A stretch of 64,000 bases of DNA from Opitutales bacterium (GCA_049599475.1 JBMYOQ010000016.1:1-64000); one strand, 5' to 3'; shown: positions 20,029 through 31,120, counted from the first letter of the stretch. A program made the numbers and translations. Notes: generated by a model from the sequence alone, not told the origin.

Positions 20029-20820
20029 TTACATTACATCCGCAAAGGAGCTTTTGATCCACCGAAAGAACAGATAACCCGTCACCAAAACTCCGAGACA
20101 AAATGCCATAGATATAGAGACGCCCAACCAGCTGACTTCTGATCCAAATAAGATGGCGGACCGTGCGGAACTCAGAAGATGTATTAACGGATTAAAGCGT
20201 AAAAACTCCCAGACTCCTGGCTCTCGCTGCGCTACCATTTCAGGAGAGTAAAAGACTGCGCTCGCATAGAGTAAGACCAAACCAAGGACTCCTGAAATTT
20301 GCTGTAAATCTCTGATAAAGACACCGAGTGCGGAAAACCAAAACGCCACACCCAAGCTCAGAAACACCAAAGCAAGAACCGAGAATATCAGGGACGGAAT
20401 CCCTTCGATGTGGAAGACCCCGGCAAACAGAGCCCCTACGACCACTAGCCCTAACTGTACCAATAAAGTAACCACAGGTGCGCCCACAGCCGATAGCGGC
20501 AACAGCTCCAAAGGGAAGGACACCTTTTTAACGTACACGGTGTTTCCTAGAATAATATGAGGAGCGCTCTGCAGCACCTCACTAAAGAAATTAAAGAGCG
20601 CAAGGCTTAGAAAAATGCCGAGCGCATAAAAGGCAGGCGAATCATCTGGCTGAGCGATATAACGCCCTCCGAAAATCAAGCCAAACACAGTCGTATATAC
20701 CGCCATCATCATGAGGGGCTGCCCGATCATCCAACCCCAACCGAGAATCGATCCGCGAAAACGTTGCTGAATAGATCGCACAGTGAGTTGCTTCAATAGA
20801 TGCCAATGTGCCGAATTCAT
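20029..20820 (-). CDS. ABC-2 polysaccharide exporter permease (Wzm-like)
   Basis: 'RFRGSILGWGW...QPL', 'VKKVSFP', 'NPL', C-terminal 'FADVM', about 6 TM helices. Confidence 0.88.
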   Translation of the reverse strand: MNSAHWHLLKQLTVRSIQQRFRGSILGWGWMIGQPLMMMAVYTTVFGLIFGGRYIAQPDDSPAFYALGIFLSLALFNFFSEVLQSAPHIILGNTVYVKKVSFPLELLPLSAVGAPVVTLLVQLGLVVVGALFAGVFHIEGIPSLIFSVLALVFLSLGVAFWFSALGVFIRDLQQISGVLGLVLLYASAVFYSPEMVAQREPGVWEFLRFNPLIHLLSSARSAILFGSEVSWLGVSISMAFCLGVLVTGYLFFRWIKSSFADVM

Positions 20821-21821
20821 CTCGAGTATTTAGCTTTTATAAATTCTAATAGCGATTCTTGTAAGGCATCATCACTTGACGCCCAGGCGACCTCTCCGTT
20901 GCTGCCGCGCGTGCGCTCAGAAGTCCCCCCTGCTTGAAAAGCAATTACAGGTAAACCCGCGCGCCGTGCCTCCTGAATAAAATTCGAGTTGGACTCTTCC
21001 TGAGAGGCAGATACTGCGCAATCTCCAGCGTAATAATATTTCGATACATCGAGCTGCAGGCCAAAGAACCGCACTTTTTCGCCCAATCCCAATTTCGCAA
21101 CCAAGCGTCGACATGCGCTCTCCTCCGAACCGCTCCCCACCAACCACAGCTGCCAAGCATGACGCCCTGCAAGCAGATCATCAATTCTCTTAAAGATACG
21201 TATTAATTTTTCATGACACTTACCAGGTCGAAAGGCCGCGACTTTCACAAACACCGCGGGAGCGCCATCCTCAACGCCCAACTCACGCCGTGACTGGTCT
21301 CGCCGCTCCATCCGGTTTGCATAGGAGAGTTCATGAATTTCATAATTCTGAACCAATTTCATCTTGTCTGCTGAAATGCCAATTTCGGTAGCGCGATCCG
21401 CGGCATACTGGCTGTTTACCCAGATGCTATCCGCCACATTCAGCGTCCGGCGATAGGCCGCAGTAAATGGCCTGCCGGTACGAATGCTCGCGACAAGCTC
21501 AAGATCCGGGTTTCTAGCTTTGAGTCTCCAGCCAAATTCATTCGCCACACGCCCCATGAGTATCGCCTTTTCAGGACCAAGCGAAACGATTTTCCCAGAC
21601 AATACCGGAGGAAACCAATTTAATTTCCAATCAAAGGGCTGTATTGTAATCCTCTGGACATTCAGTGAATCAGCAGAGGCCTCAAGAGGCCCTCCAGGGC
21701 GCGCAGTGACGAGCGTAACATGCTCACCCTCCTCCGCCAAATGCTTGCACAGGGCCAGACTGTTGCGCTCGGTTCCTCCCATCCGGAGGTAGTCCTGAAG
21801 CACACATATCCGTTTAGCCAT
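20817..21821 (-). CDS. Glycosyltransferase family 4 (GT-B)
   Basis: GGTER, KCHEKL, 'EESNSNFIQEA..AGLPVIA' variant of the EX7E motif; start placed at MAKRIC. Confidence 0.85.
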   Translation of the reverse strand: MAKRICVLQDYLRMGGTERNSLALCKHLAEEGEHVTLVTARPGGPLEASADSLNVQRITIQPFDWKLNWFPPVLSGKIVSLGPEKAILMGRVANEFGWRLKARNPDLELVASIRTGRPFTAAYRRTLNVADSIWVNSQYAADRATEIGISADKMKLVQNYEIHELSYANRMERRDQSRRELGVEDGAPAVFVKVAAFRPGKCHEKLIRIFKRIDDLLAGRHAWQLWLVGSGSEESACRRLVAKLGLGEKVRFFGLQLDVSKYYYAGDCAVSASQEESNSNFIQEARRAGLPVIAFQAGGTSERTRGSNGEVAWASSDDALQESLLEFIKAKYSR

Positions 21822-23082
21822 GGTATCGCTTGAAAAGGAGGGAGACGTTTGCTCCACCAAATCCACTACTATTGCTCAAAGCATATTCGATTTGGCTATC
21901 GATCGTATCCTGCTGAATTGCAACACCCTCGACCATGGGGTCCAGCTCAGTGATGTTAGCCGAGCCGGGTATAAATCCGCCTTTTATTGCAAGCGCAGTA
22001 AGGGTAGATTCAAGCGAACCTGCTAAACTCAGGCCATGCCCTGTGAGGGCTTTCGTACTGGAGACTTTTACGGAGCTATTTTCGCCAAAGACTTCCTTGA
22101 TCGCCTTAATCTCAGCAGCATCCCCAAAGGGGGTGGAAGGCGCGTGAGCATTTATGTAGTCTATTGCTTCGGGCTCAACAGAACCTGACGACAAGGCACC
22201 TTTGATCGCGCGCGCCAGGCCCTGACCCTCTGGCTCAGGCAAGACAGGGTTGAAACCGTCACTCGATTGCCCCCAACCTGCGACGCTCGCATAGATTTTC
22301 GCTCCACGCTGCTCAGCAGCTTCGCGTGATTCTAGGACGAGGACAGCCGCACCACCAGTACCCACAAACCCATTACGTTTCTTGTCGAAAGGCCGCGAAG
22401 CCGACGCTGGATCATCATTTGCAGATAGTGCGCGCATGCATGCAAAGGGCAAAATACAATCTAGGTCTCCATCCTCTGCACCCACGACAAACATTCTCTT
22501 TTGCTGACCGCGGGCGATAGCATCATAAGCAAATCCCAAAGCGTGCGAAGAAGACGCGCAGGCCGATACAAATCCTGTGGAGAAACCTTGGATCTTGAAG
22601 TGAGAGACGAGATTAAAATTCAGCGTTCCTGCTATCGATGAGACTATGCCCTTAGGGTTCGCTCGCTCGACGCCCACTTTTTTCATCTTATCCAGCGATT
22701 GGTAAAGCATCATGGCGGAACCCGCAGACGCGGTATACATCCCGACCGATGGGTCAGACACTTCAGCTTCAGACAGGCCAGCATCTTCGACTGCTTCAGT
22801 GAAAGCGCAGAGCCCAAACAAGGCATTCGGAGACATGCCTCGAAGAACGGAACGAGACACACGGTACTTTGCCGGAAATTCCCAGTCTTCTTGGTCCGGA
22901 GCAGTCAGGTCGAACCCCTTAACAGTTCCCAGGACACTCACCGGTGCCTTTACATCCAAAAACGGCTGATAGGTCTCAATTCCAGAACGCAGGTCACGCA
23001 TGCTCTTCACGGCTTCCTGCAATGAATTGCCGATACTAGAAACCAGGCCCAGGCCTGTAATTACGACTTCTGTATTCTCCAC
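21814..23082 (-). CDS. fabB: Beta-ketoacyl-ACP synthase (FabB/FabF family)
   Basis: VVITGLG, catalytic SACASS, NAHAPST, KALTGH, SNSSGFGG. Confidence 0.88.
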   Translation of the reverse strand: MENTEVVITGLGLVSSIGNSLQEAVKSMRDLRSGIETYQPFLDVKAPVSVLGTVKGFDLTAPDQEDWEFPAKYRVSRSVLRGMSPNALFGLCAFTEAVEDAGLSEAEVSDPSVGMYTASAGSAMMLYQSLDKMKKVGVERANPKGIVSSIAGTLNFNLVSHFKIQGFSTGFVSACASSSHALGFAYDAIARGQQKRMFVVGAEDGDLDCILPFACMRALSANDDPASASRPFDKKRNGFVGTGGAAVLVLESREAAEQRGAKIYASVAGWGQSSDGFNPVLPEPEGQGLARAIKGALSSGSVEPEAIDYINAHAPSTPFGDAAEIKAIKEVFGENSSVKVSSTKALTGHGLSLAGSLESTLTALAIKGGFIPGSANITELDPMVEGVAIQQDTIDSQIEYALSNSSGFGGANVSLLFKRYHG

Positions 23083-23212
23083 TCCCTGGACTACAATAGC
23101 TCAGTGCGCACGGATCAAGCGGTATTATCGGCACTCTGAAATTCCCCGGGACTTCAAAGCGATTTTGCGGAATTGCCTTTCTCGCGATCCCTGCTACGGT
23201 GGGGCGCTTTAG

Positions 23213-23953
23213 ATGAAAATTAGAGCGTACGGACGGTCAGATCGCGGCATCAGGCGTGAGATAAATGAAGATTCCATGCTGTGTGCCCAAGACAAAGGGG
23301 TCTTCGCGGTAGCGGACGGTCTGGGAGGTCTGCCTCGCGGTGAGCTAGCCAGCCGAGTCGCCATCGAACGCGTTTCCGAAGTGCTCGAAGTTCCCAGTTT
23401 GAGCGGAGAAGATTCCGATACAGTTAAGCGCGCCGCCCTTTCAGCAAACCGGGCTGTTTACGACGAAGGCGCATCGGTAAACGAAGAAACCGGTATTGGC
23501 ACGACACTCACATTGATCAAAATTGCATCCAACCGCTTATACGCAGCGCACGTGGGTGACACTTCGCTCTACATTCAACGTCGCGGTCAACTGTCTAAGC
23601 TGTCCAAAGACCACACCATGGCTCAAGACGTCAAAGATCGCCTCGGCCCCGAGGAAGAAGCTTATATTCCAGACTATTTTGCTCACACCCTCACCCGATG
23701 CCTTGGGCAGCAGCCCACGGTTGAAGTCGATACACTCGAACACTCGGTAATCGGTGAAGATCGCATTTTTCTCTGCAGCGATGGAGTCCAAAAGGTCTTT
23801 GAAGATGCAGAACTCAGCCGCATGATCCACGCTGCCTCCGATCCTCAACAGCTCGTGGATCAGATTATCGAGCAGGGTAACGAGCGCGGTGGCCCAGACA
23901 ATATCACCGCAGTCGTAATTTTCGTTGAAGCACAATCCGAAGAGAGCGCGTAG
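23213..23953 (+). CDS. PP2C-family Ser/Thr protein phosphatase
   Basis: RREINED, VADGLGG, AHVGD, LCSDG, GGPDNIT. Confidence 0.93.
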   Translation: MKIRAYGRSDRGIRREINEDSMLCAQDKGVFAVADGLGGLPRGELASRVAIERVSEVLEVPSLSGEDSDTVKRAALSANRAVYDEGASVNEETGIGTTLTLIKIASNRLYAAHVGDTSLYIQRRGQLSKLSKDHTMAQDVKDRLGPEEEAYIPDYFAHTLTRCLGQQPTVEVDTLEHSVIGEDRIFLCSDGVQKVFEDAELSRMIHAASDPQQLVDQIIEQGNERGGPDNITAVVIFVEAQSEESA

Positions 23954-23958
23954 AATCC

Positions 23959-25029
23959 ATGCGGACCGATGCCTATGACTTCGCATTGCCGGAGCACCTA
24001 ATCGCGCAACATCCTTCCAAGGAGCGCACGGCGTCCAGACTTCTCGTTGTGGACCGAGGAGCTGGCAAGGTTTCCCATTATTCCTTTTCGGATCTACCTC
24101 AGTTGCTTCCGGGTCCGCTCCACCTGTTTCGCAATAACGTTTCCGTAATTCGGGCTCGGCTCAAGGCATTCCGCCCCAGTGGCGGCGCTGTCGAATGCGT
24201 CTTGCTTGAGCCCAAAGACGAGGACCCGTTCGAGTGGAAATGCCTCGTGAAGCCGGGCCGTAAACTGCCAATCGGCGCCGAGTTTTCTCTAGAGAATGCC
24301 TTCCACGCGACCATTACCGGCAAAGATTCTTCCGAGGGAACCTCTTGGGTCCGCTTCCAAGTGGACAAGCATAGCGGTGTCGTCGAAATGGCAGATGAAC
24401 TCGGCGAGCTACCCCTACCGCCCTACATAAAACGCGAGCAAACCGAGCCAGAAGACAATAAGCGCTACCAAACAGTCTATGCTGATGAGAGCAAAAAAAT
24501 GGCGGCTGCTGCACCGACCGCAGGGCTTCATTTCACCCAAACAATCATCGATCAGCTAGAGTCCCAAGGGCACACATTTCACGACCTCACCCTTCGCGTA
24601 GGCCTGGGAACTTTTCGGCCCGTCAAAACAGATAATATTGAGGATCATCCCATTCACAAGGAGCGCTACTGGGTGCCACACGAAAGCCTGAATGCTCTCA
24701 GGGAATTTACAGGCAAGCGCCTCGCAATAGGCACGACATCGGTACGGTCTATTGAAGACTGCCTCAACAACATATCGGGCTCGTTCCCTAGTATGACGGA
24801 CTTTACCCGTGAGGCAGATTTGTTCGTCATCCCCCCCTATCAATTCCTAGGCGTCGACCACCTCATCACCAATTTTCACCTCCCACGCTCAACCCTATTC
24901 GGGCTAGTCGCCGCTTTTTTGACTCCGGGTAAGGCCGACGGGGTGCAATGGCTCAAAGACATATATACAGAAGCAGTGCGTGAAGAATACCGCTTTTTCA
25001 GCTACGGCGACGCCATGCTCATTCTTTAG
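23959..25029 (+). CDS. queA: S-adenosylmethionine:tRNA ribosyltransferase-isomerase
   Basis: [50 protein letters not shown]. Confidence 0.97.
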   Translation: MRTDAYDFALPEHLIAQHPSKERTASRLLVVDRGAGKVSHYSFSDLPQLLPGPLHLFRNNVSVIRARLKAFRPSGGAVECVLLEPKDEDPFEWKCLVKPGRKLPIGAEFSLENAFHATITGKDSSEGTSWVRFQVDKHSGVVEMADELGELPLPPYIKREQTEPEDNKRYQTVYADESKKMAAAAPTAGLHFTQTIIDQLESQGHTFHDLTLRVGLGTFRPVKTDNIEDHPIHKERYWVPHESLNALREFTGKRLAIGTTSVRSIEDCLNNISGSFPSMTDFTREADLFVIPPYQFLGVDHLITNFHLPRSTLFGLVAAFLTPGKADGVQWLKDIYTEAVREEYRFFSYGDAMLIL

Positions 25030-27535
25030 TGCACGGACTCTTTGCCGCATGGAGATGGATCATTAAAATCTCCAACAGCTTCTCGGGAGCGACCGGCTTA
25101 GACAGAAATCCATTCATGCCCACCTCGTCACATTCGTCGCGCCCCTCTTCAGTCACATTTCCAGTGAGAGCGACTACCGGAACATCCGCATTGCGATGAT
25201 CTGAGGCAAAGGCACGGATCCTCCGCGTAGCCTCATAGCCATCCATACCTGGCATCTGACAATCCATAAGGACCAGATCTACAGATTCATTCTCCAAAAC
25301 CTCAAGCGCCCGCTCACCGGAGTCTGCCTTAAAAATTTCAAACGGATACTTTTGAAGTAAGATCTCCACAACGCGGAGGTTCATGACACTATCATCCACA
25401 ACGAGCAATCGAGCCTCCTCAAATTCCTCTGGTGAAAGCAACTCTCCTTTATCCAATTCTTGATGCTTTTGAACCTCTGCATCCGTGGCGATTGCCAAGG
25501 GTAACTGTATTCTAAAATATGTCCCTGCCCCCTCTTCGCTGGAAAAATGAATCGCGCCTCCCATGAGATTCACAAGGCGGTCGATGATGGCTAAGCCCAA
25601 GCCCGTCCCCCCATGTTTTCGCGTCGTAGATGAATCTGCCTGCACAAATTTGTGAAAGAGTCGATCTTGAGCCTCCGCAGGGATACCCATGCCTGAATCT
25701 TCGACTTCCACAACGAGGCCACACTCTGGATCATCACTCGTTTTGAGATGCAGACGAACAAAACCCTCCTCGGTGAACTTCAAGGAATTCCCGATCAAAT
25801 TTATCAGTATTTGCCTTAGCTTGTTGGGATCTCCACGCAGCCAATCGACCGCTTCGGTATCCATCTGAATTCGCAATTCGATGCCTCGTTCCGCAAACTG
25901 CTTTTCGAACATTCCGCGAATCGAATCCCTCAAAGCCGATACCGAAAACGGGATATCTTCGAGCTCCATGCGTCCCGATTCAATTTTCGAGAAATCTAGA
26001 ATATCATTGATAAGGCTCAAGAGCGACTCGCCGGAAACTTTCAGGATATCCACCCACTCTCGATGCGATGCGGGTAAATCCAATGCATCCAATTTTCCCG
26101 CCATCGCGATGATGCCATTTAGGGGAGTGCGTATCTCATGAGACATGGTGGCCAAGAACTCTGACTTAGCCCGGCTTGCTTGTTGGGCCAAATTTTCGGC
26201 AGCATACCGCGTCTCCACCTCCTGAGCGAGCTGCACGTTGCGTTCCTTGAGTTCCTTTGTCTGATTCGCCACCTCAGCATCGAGGTCAAGAATATGCCCC
26301 GCCAAACGCACCCGCATCTGGTCGATACTCTTCGCCAGTTCCTGAAACTCCGTCACCGATGAGGGTAATCCCATTTTAGCAGAAAGGTCACCCTCACTCA
26401 CTCGCCTTGCAACCACTCCGAGGCTCTCCAATTCACCCGTGAGTCGTCCAGCCAAGCGGACCATCAGAGCCGAAGTTATGATAAGCAGAACCATCACGGA
26501 CAATATAAGCAGCCAGCGGTTTCGCTCATTTGCCCGATCGAACTTAGCAGAGAAATCATCGTGGGCCTCAGATAGCTTCTTCAAGCCCATGCTCATATCG
26601 CGGATCGGCCTCAGCTCCGTCTTGAGCACTTCCGTAGACACGACACTTCGAATACCCAGCAACCCAGGAATCACCTCAGCATTTCTTACGGAATCACCAG
26701 CTTCAATGAGCTCAGTGCCTCGCTTACCCGCTAATAAAATCTCCTCAGTGCGTATATCCTTTACCTGAAGCTCTGCTCCGAAGGCATTCTCCACCGATAG
26801 AAAGGAAAGCAATCGGTCCAGGGGGATCGCGAATTGCATATATCCTACGACGTCACGATTGGATTCTACAAAACGACCGGAGTCGTAGCGCAACTCACAG
26901 GACACAGACAATACGGGCCGCTTAAGATCTCCTATTCGCTCCTTATATAGATCGAAATGAATGGGCCCTTCGCCGCGAGCCTCCAACATATTGAGAAACC
27001 AAGACTCACCCCCCTCATCCGTTTTCAGATTGGGCAGCTCGTAACCATCCCAAATAGGATCGCCTCCTTCAGGGACAACAAACTCTCCTCGGCGTGCAAA
27101 CTCGCACCCTTCAGTATCGACAAATACGATCTCCGAAAGGCGATGGGCCTCTATCATATCGTCGAGGTAGTTATAGAGGTTTTCTAAGGTAAATTTTCTC
27201 AAGGATTCATCACCTCGAACATACCGAGCAACTACGGTATTTTTCGCGCATATATAGACACTCTTTTGTATCGATCCTATGTGCGCCGAAAGGGCGCTGG
27301 CAGACCGATCTAACCACGCGGCATCGGCCTCCAATATGGATTCATTCAAACTCGCTGAGACGCGTTCCCTTGCGGACTCGATCTGACTCGTCTGGCTCTG
27401 TAGCTCATCATCAAAGGCCGACAGGCGATCTCGAATCGCTTCAATCTCCAAGTATACGAGCACTCCAATGATACAGAAAGACCCCACCAAAACAGGGAGA
27501 ACCGTCATTAACCATTGTTTCCTCAGAGAATTCAT
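25019..27535 (-). CDS. Membrane hybrid sensor histidine kinase (TM-periplasmic-TM-HAMP-HisKA-HATPase-REC)
   Basis: [41 protein letters not shown], receiver [11 protein letters not shown]. Confidence 0.93.
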   Translation of the reverse strand: MNSLRKQWLMTVLPVLVGSFCIIGVLVYLEIEAIRDRLSAFDDELQSQTSQIESARERVSASLNESILEADAAWLDRSASALSAHIGSIQKSVYICAKNTVVARYVRGDESLRKFTLENLYNYLDDMIEAHRLSEIVFVDTEGCEFARRGEFVVPEGGDPIWDGYELPNLKTDEGGESWFLNMLEARGEGPIHFDLYKERIGDLKRPVLSVSCELRYDSGRFVESNRDVVGYMQFAIPLDRLLSFLSVENAFGAELQVKDIRTEEILLAGKRGTELIEAGDSVRNAEVIPGLLGIRSVVSTEVLKTELRPIRDMSMGLKKLSEAHDDFSAKFDRANERNRWLLILSVMVLLIITSALMVRLAGRLTGELESLGVVARRVSEGDLSAKMGLPSSVTEFQELAKSIDQMRVRLAGHILDLDAEVANQTKELKERNVQLAQEVETRYAAENLAQQASRAKSEFLATMSHEIRTPLNGIIAMAGKLDALDLPASHREWVDILKVSGESLLSLINDILDFSKIESGRMELEDIPFSVSALRDSIRGMFEKQFAERGIELRIQMDTEAVDWLRGDPNKLRQILINLIGNSLKFTEEGFVRLHLKTSDDPECGLVVEVEDSGMGIPAEAQDRLFHKFVQADSSTTRKHGGTGLGLAIIDRLVNLMGGAIHFSSEEGAGTYFRIQLPLAIATDAEVQKHQELDKGELLSPEEFEEARLLVVDDSVMNLRVVEILLQKYPFEIFKADSGERALEVLENESVDLVLMDCQMPGMDGYEATRRIRAFASDHRNADVPVVALTGNVTEEGRDECDEVGMNGFLSKPVAPEKLLEILMIHLHAAKSPCTKE

Positions 27536-27567
27536 AAACCAACATCGGTGCAGCGCTAGCCGCTGAC

Positions 27568-28650
27568 TTACATCTTAAACAGAATCTTTCCCAATCGATC
27601 GACGAGGGCGTCCTCAAGCACCAAGGGGTAGCCTCTCGATCGCTGCTCAGCCTTTGGATATATCGCCGGATTGCTCAACTGATCGGGAGCGGTCGTCTCC
27701 AATATTTCCAAACTACGCTCATTGGGACAGGCGTAGAAAAGCTCCCGAGCCAAGCGCGCATGCACTTCAGGAGAAAGCACATGATTTATAAACGAGTAGG
27801 CCAAGTCAGGATTTGAGCTACCCTTTGCTAGCAACATACAGTCTAGAAATATCTCAAAACCTTCGTCCGGCAGAGCAAACCCTACATTCTCATGCTCATC
27901 TAGAACCGTGAGCGCATCTCCCGAATAAATGACAGCCGCCCCGACATCGCCATTCAGAACGGACTCCTGAATCAGTTCAATATCGGAGGTTACCAAGCGG
28001 ATTCGCTCAGAATCCACAGATGCCTTTAGAAACTTAGCCGCCGCACGGATATCCTGCTCGCTCGGGTTCACCGGATCCGCCCCCATAGCGACTAGAGCCT
28101 GAGCAAAGGCAGATCGCGGCTCAGCAAACACGCTGACCGGATAAGGCTTAGCCGGATCATAAAACTGATTCCAAGATCGAATTCCCTGGGGATATTTATC
28201 CTTCCGGTAGAGTATACCTGTGCTTCCGTAGAGATATGGGACTCCTCCACCTCCGAAGGTCTTCAATAGAACCGGGTCGATATATTTATAATTCGGAATT
28301 CGTTCCGTCTTTGGGGCGAAGGCTAAATCTGCTCCAATAAGACCCTCCGCAGAATCCCCATCGATGATAATGATATCGTAGTAGCCCGGAGTCTGGGCCA
28401 GCAGTCTCAAGGCCTCCTTATCCGTTTCGAACTCGGAGTATTCGATTTTGCAGTTAAAAAGCTTCTGAAACTCCCGCAGTGTTGGCGAACGCTGAGCAAT
28501 CGGCAATGCTTCATCAGTATTTGGATCAACATCGATATACTCGCTCCAGTTCAAAATACGCAAAGTCGGCAACTCAGCGGCCACCGACCACACACTGAAG
28601 ACAAGGAGCCCAATTCCTGCTCCAAAAGATTTAGGGAAAACAGTTTTCAT
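27568..28650 (-). CDS. PotD/PotF-like periplasmic polyamine-binding protein
   Basis: Signal peptide, LNWSEYID, PYLYGSTGILY, YSGDA, EG..D, 'AYSFINHVLSPE', NPAIYP; start placed at MKTVFPK. Confidence 0.8.
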   Translation of the reverse strand: MKTVFPKSFGAGIGLLVFSVWSVAAELPTLRILNWSEYIDVDPNTDEALPIAQRSPTLREFQKLFNCKIEYSEFETDKEALRLLAQTPGYYDIIIIDGDSAEGLIGADLAFAPKTERIPNYKYIDPVLLKTFGGGGVPYLYGSTGILYRKDKYPQGIRSWNQFYDPAKPYPVSVFAEPRSAFAQALVAMGADPVNPSEQDIRAAAKFLKASVDSERIRLVTSDIELIQESVLNGDVGAAVIYSGDALTVLDEHENVGFALPDEGFEIFLDCMLLAKGSSNPDLAYSFINHVLSPEVHARLARELFYACPNERSLEILETTAPDQLSNPAIYPKAEQRSRGYPLVLEDALVDRLGKILFKM

Positions 28651-28806
28651 ACCCCTTATAATTCGCCCGGAGGGTTCGTTCACTTGAACGCTCAGTAAAA
28701 TCTCCGGCTCTCTTAGCAAAATTCCTACTCTAAACGGGAATAAGACGCCCCACTAGCCCTCTCATCCAGCAATACTCACTGCATTCGCAAACATTAGAAT
28801 AACACC

Positions 28807-29301
28807 GTGACCTTCGATGAAATCGTCTCCGAATACTACAAGCCCCTCTACCGCTTTGCATACAGCTTGGCCAAGAACGAAGACGGCGCTGGCGACCTGA
28901 CTCAGCAGACTTTCTTCATCTACGCCGAGAAAGGGGACCAGCTGAAGGACCGTTCCAAGGTCAAATCATGGCTGTTTACCACCCTCTACCGTGAGTTTTT
29001 AAGAGTAAAACGAAAGACCGACCGCATGGAGAACACCGAAGAAGAGGTCCTCGAACGCACGGGCCCATCCATCCAACCTGAAATGATCCGCAGCACCGAT
29101 GCGAATACCGCAGTTGAAGCGCTACAATCTGTAGACGAAATTTACCGCACCCCGCTGTCTCTCTTTTACCTCAACAACCACTCCTACAAAGAGATCGCAC
29201 ATATATTATCCGTGCCCATCGGCACCGTGATGTCCCGAATCTCCAGAGGCAAAACACAGTTGAAGCAAAACCTCCTCGCAGCCTCCGAAGAGCTCGCTTG
29301 A
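28807..29301 (+). CDS. ECF RNA polymerase sigma factor
   Basis: LYRFAYSL...DLTQQTF, KSWLF, SYKEIA..L.VPIGTVMSRISRG. Confidence 0.93.
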   Translation: MTFDEIVSEYYKPLYRFAYSLAKNEDGAGDLTQQTFFIYAEKGDQLKDRSKVKSWLFTTLYREFLRVKRKTDRMENTEEEVLERTGPSIQPEMIRSTDANTAVEALQSVDEIYRTPLSLFYLNNHSYKEIAHILSVPIGTVMSRISRGKTQLKQNLLAASEELA

Positions 29302-29349
29302 GGACCCCACACCACACCCACAACGCTACATTTAATAAGAAATCGAGTC

Positions 29350-30153
29350 ATGAATAGCGAAGAAGCCAAATTCACCCTTCAGTCCTTCCGACCCGGAACC
29401 GAAGACGAGAATGACCCTATTTTCCTGGAAGCCCTTTCGATGCTGGAGACAGACCCAGAGCTGGCACAATGGTACTCTGAGAACTCAACATTCGATGCCG
29501 AAATGCGGGAGAAGCTTTCCGACGTCGAACCTCCGTCTGACCTTCAGACGACTATCCTCGCAGGTATGCGCGCATCAGCGGCCCAGCCCCATGCCGAGGA
29601 GACAATCCAGGAGGAGGAGCCCGTCGCCACAACACGCAGGAGTTTTTGGCTACGAACGGAGACCCTAAGTATCGCCGCGATCTTTTTGATCGTCTTCCTT
29701 TGGGCCGACCCATTGTCCATGCGCGGATTCCGTGCCGAGCCAGGGGCCGCCGCAGAAGGTATCCCAAGCGTGCTTGCCCATCTCACCGACCACTACGAGA
29801 CATTTCCTGGGTTTGAGCTAAAATCGAGCAACTTGGATGATCTGCTAGGACACTTCGAAGCAAACGGTATCAGTAGCCCGAAATACATCCCTACTGCACT
29901 CGCCGACAACCCTAATGGTTGCCTTTCTATCGACATTGATGGGAACCCGATTGGCATGATCTGTTTTAACTACGGACTCAACACCATGCACCTCTACACT
30001 ATCCCCGAAGCCGCTTTTGCAGACCATGCGCCGATCAGCGAGCCCAAGATTTTCGAGGACCGGGGTCGAGGCTACAAGGTATGGAAACAGGACGAGCAGT
30101 TCTATGTCCTAGCTACTGAGGGCAAGACCGATCGGCTCAAAGAAATCTTCTAA
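29350..30153 (+). CDS. Putative transmembrane anti-sigma factor
   Basis: Directly downstream of the ECF sigma; N-terminal cytoplasmic domain, single TM helix, periplasmic domain. Confidence 0.7.
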   Translation: MNSEEAKFTLQSFRPGTEDENDPIFLEALSMLETDPELAQWYSENSTFDAEMREKLSDVEPPSDLQTTILAGMRASAAQPHAEETIQEEEPVATTRRSFWLRTETLSIAAIFLIVFLWADPLSMRGFRAEPGAAAEGIPSVLAHLTDHYETFPGFELKSSNLDDLLGHFEANGISSPKYIPTALADNPNGCLSIDIDGNPIGMICFNYGLNTMHLYTIPEAAFADHAPISEPKIFEDRGRGYKVWKQDEQFYVLATEGKTDRLKEIF

Positions 30154-30222
30154 CCGCGCTTGCAATAGGAAGCTCAGGGGTATCTTGGGAACATATCCCA
30201 TCCAGGAATATCAACTACTATC

Positions 30223-30801
30223 ATGAAAAACGCACTCCGCTTATCGCTCGCTGTTCTAGGAGCGACTATCTTCGCAGCATCAACTGCTTCCGCCGACATC
30301 CCTGTCTACAAAATCGACTCGGTTCACTCAGGTGTTACTTTCAAAGTCCGTCACTTCTTTACCAAAGTACCTGGCTCCTTCGGTAGCTTCTCTGGGGAAA
30401 TTCACTTCGACAAAGACAACCTCGAAAAGAGCAAGGCGATCGCCACAGTCGACCTTAAGACAGTCGACACCAACAACGACAACCGCGACGGCCACCTGCA
30501 AAACGAAGATTTCTTCGATACGCCCAAATTCCCAGAAGCCAAATTCGTCTCCACCAAATTCGAAAAAACAGGAGAGATGAAATACAAGATGCACGGTGAA
30601 CTCACTATGCTCGGTGTTACCAAACCTGTCGTTCTCGATGCAGAATTCCTCGGAGAAGGTCCTGGACGCAATGGCGCGACCATCATGGGATGGGACGCGA
30701 CTGGCATGGTAGATCGCCGCGATTGGGGAATCGAATACGGACAAGGTGTAGTCGGCAACGAAGTGGAAATTTCACTCAATATCCAGGCCAAGAAGCAATA
30801 A
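30223..30801 (+). CDS. YceI-family polyisoprenoid-binding periplasmic protein
   Basis: Signal peptide, IDSVHSGVTFKVRH, RDGHL...DFFD, GELTMLGVTKPV. Confidence 0.92.
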   Translation: MKNALRLSLAVLGATIFAASTASADIPVYKIDSVHSGVTFKVRHFFTKVPGSFGSFSGEIHFDKDNLEKSKAIATVDLKTVDTNNDNRDGHLQNEDFFDTPKFPEAKFVSTKFEKTGEMKYKMHGELTMLGVTKPVVLDAEFLGEGPGRNGATIMGWDATGMVDRRDWGIEYGQGVVGNEVEISLNIQAKKQ

Positions 30802-30821
30802 GCTTACACCCAAAACTCTTT

Positions 30822-30866
30822 AAAAGGAAACCCTGCCCGGCACCAGACCGCGCAGGGTTTTCTTTT
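30822..30866 (+). terminator. Intrinsic terminator after yceI
   Basis: AAAAGGAAACCCTGC...GCAGGGTTTTCTTTT. Confidence 0.75.
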
Positions 30867-30904
30867 GCCTAGCAACCGACCTTTGGTGCATTCATAGAGG
30901 CATC

Positions 30905-31120
30905 ATGGAAGAGACACCAGACGCCCAGCAAGAACTCGAGATTCGCATCGCTTTCCTTGAGCGCCATATCCAGGAGCAGGACCAAGAGATTATGCGCCTG
31001 AACAAGCGACTGGATACCCTTACAGACCGCGCTCAGCTTAACGAAAAACGACTGAATGATCTTTTACAGGGTGGATCTGAAAATCGCCTTAACGTGAATG
31101 AGAAACCGCCGCATTACTAG
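30905..31120 (+). CDS. slyX: SlyX family protein
   Basis: LEIRIAFLE coiled coil, C-terminal EKPPHY. Confidence 0.9.
   Translation: MEETPDAQQELEIRIAFLERHIQEQDQEIMRLNKRLDTLTDRAQLNEKRLNDLLQGGSENRLNVNEKPPHY

Noticed and set aside
25019..25029. 11-bp overlap of convergent queA and kinase 3' ends
   Set aside because: Short convergent overlaps are common and both genes look intact
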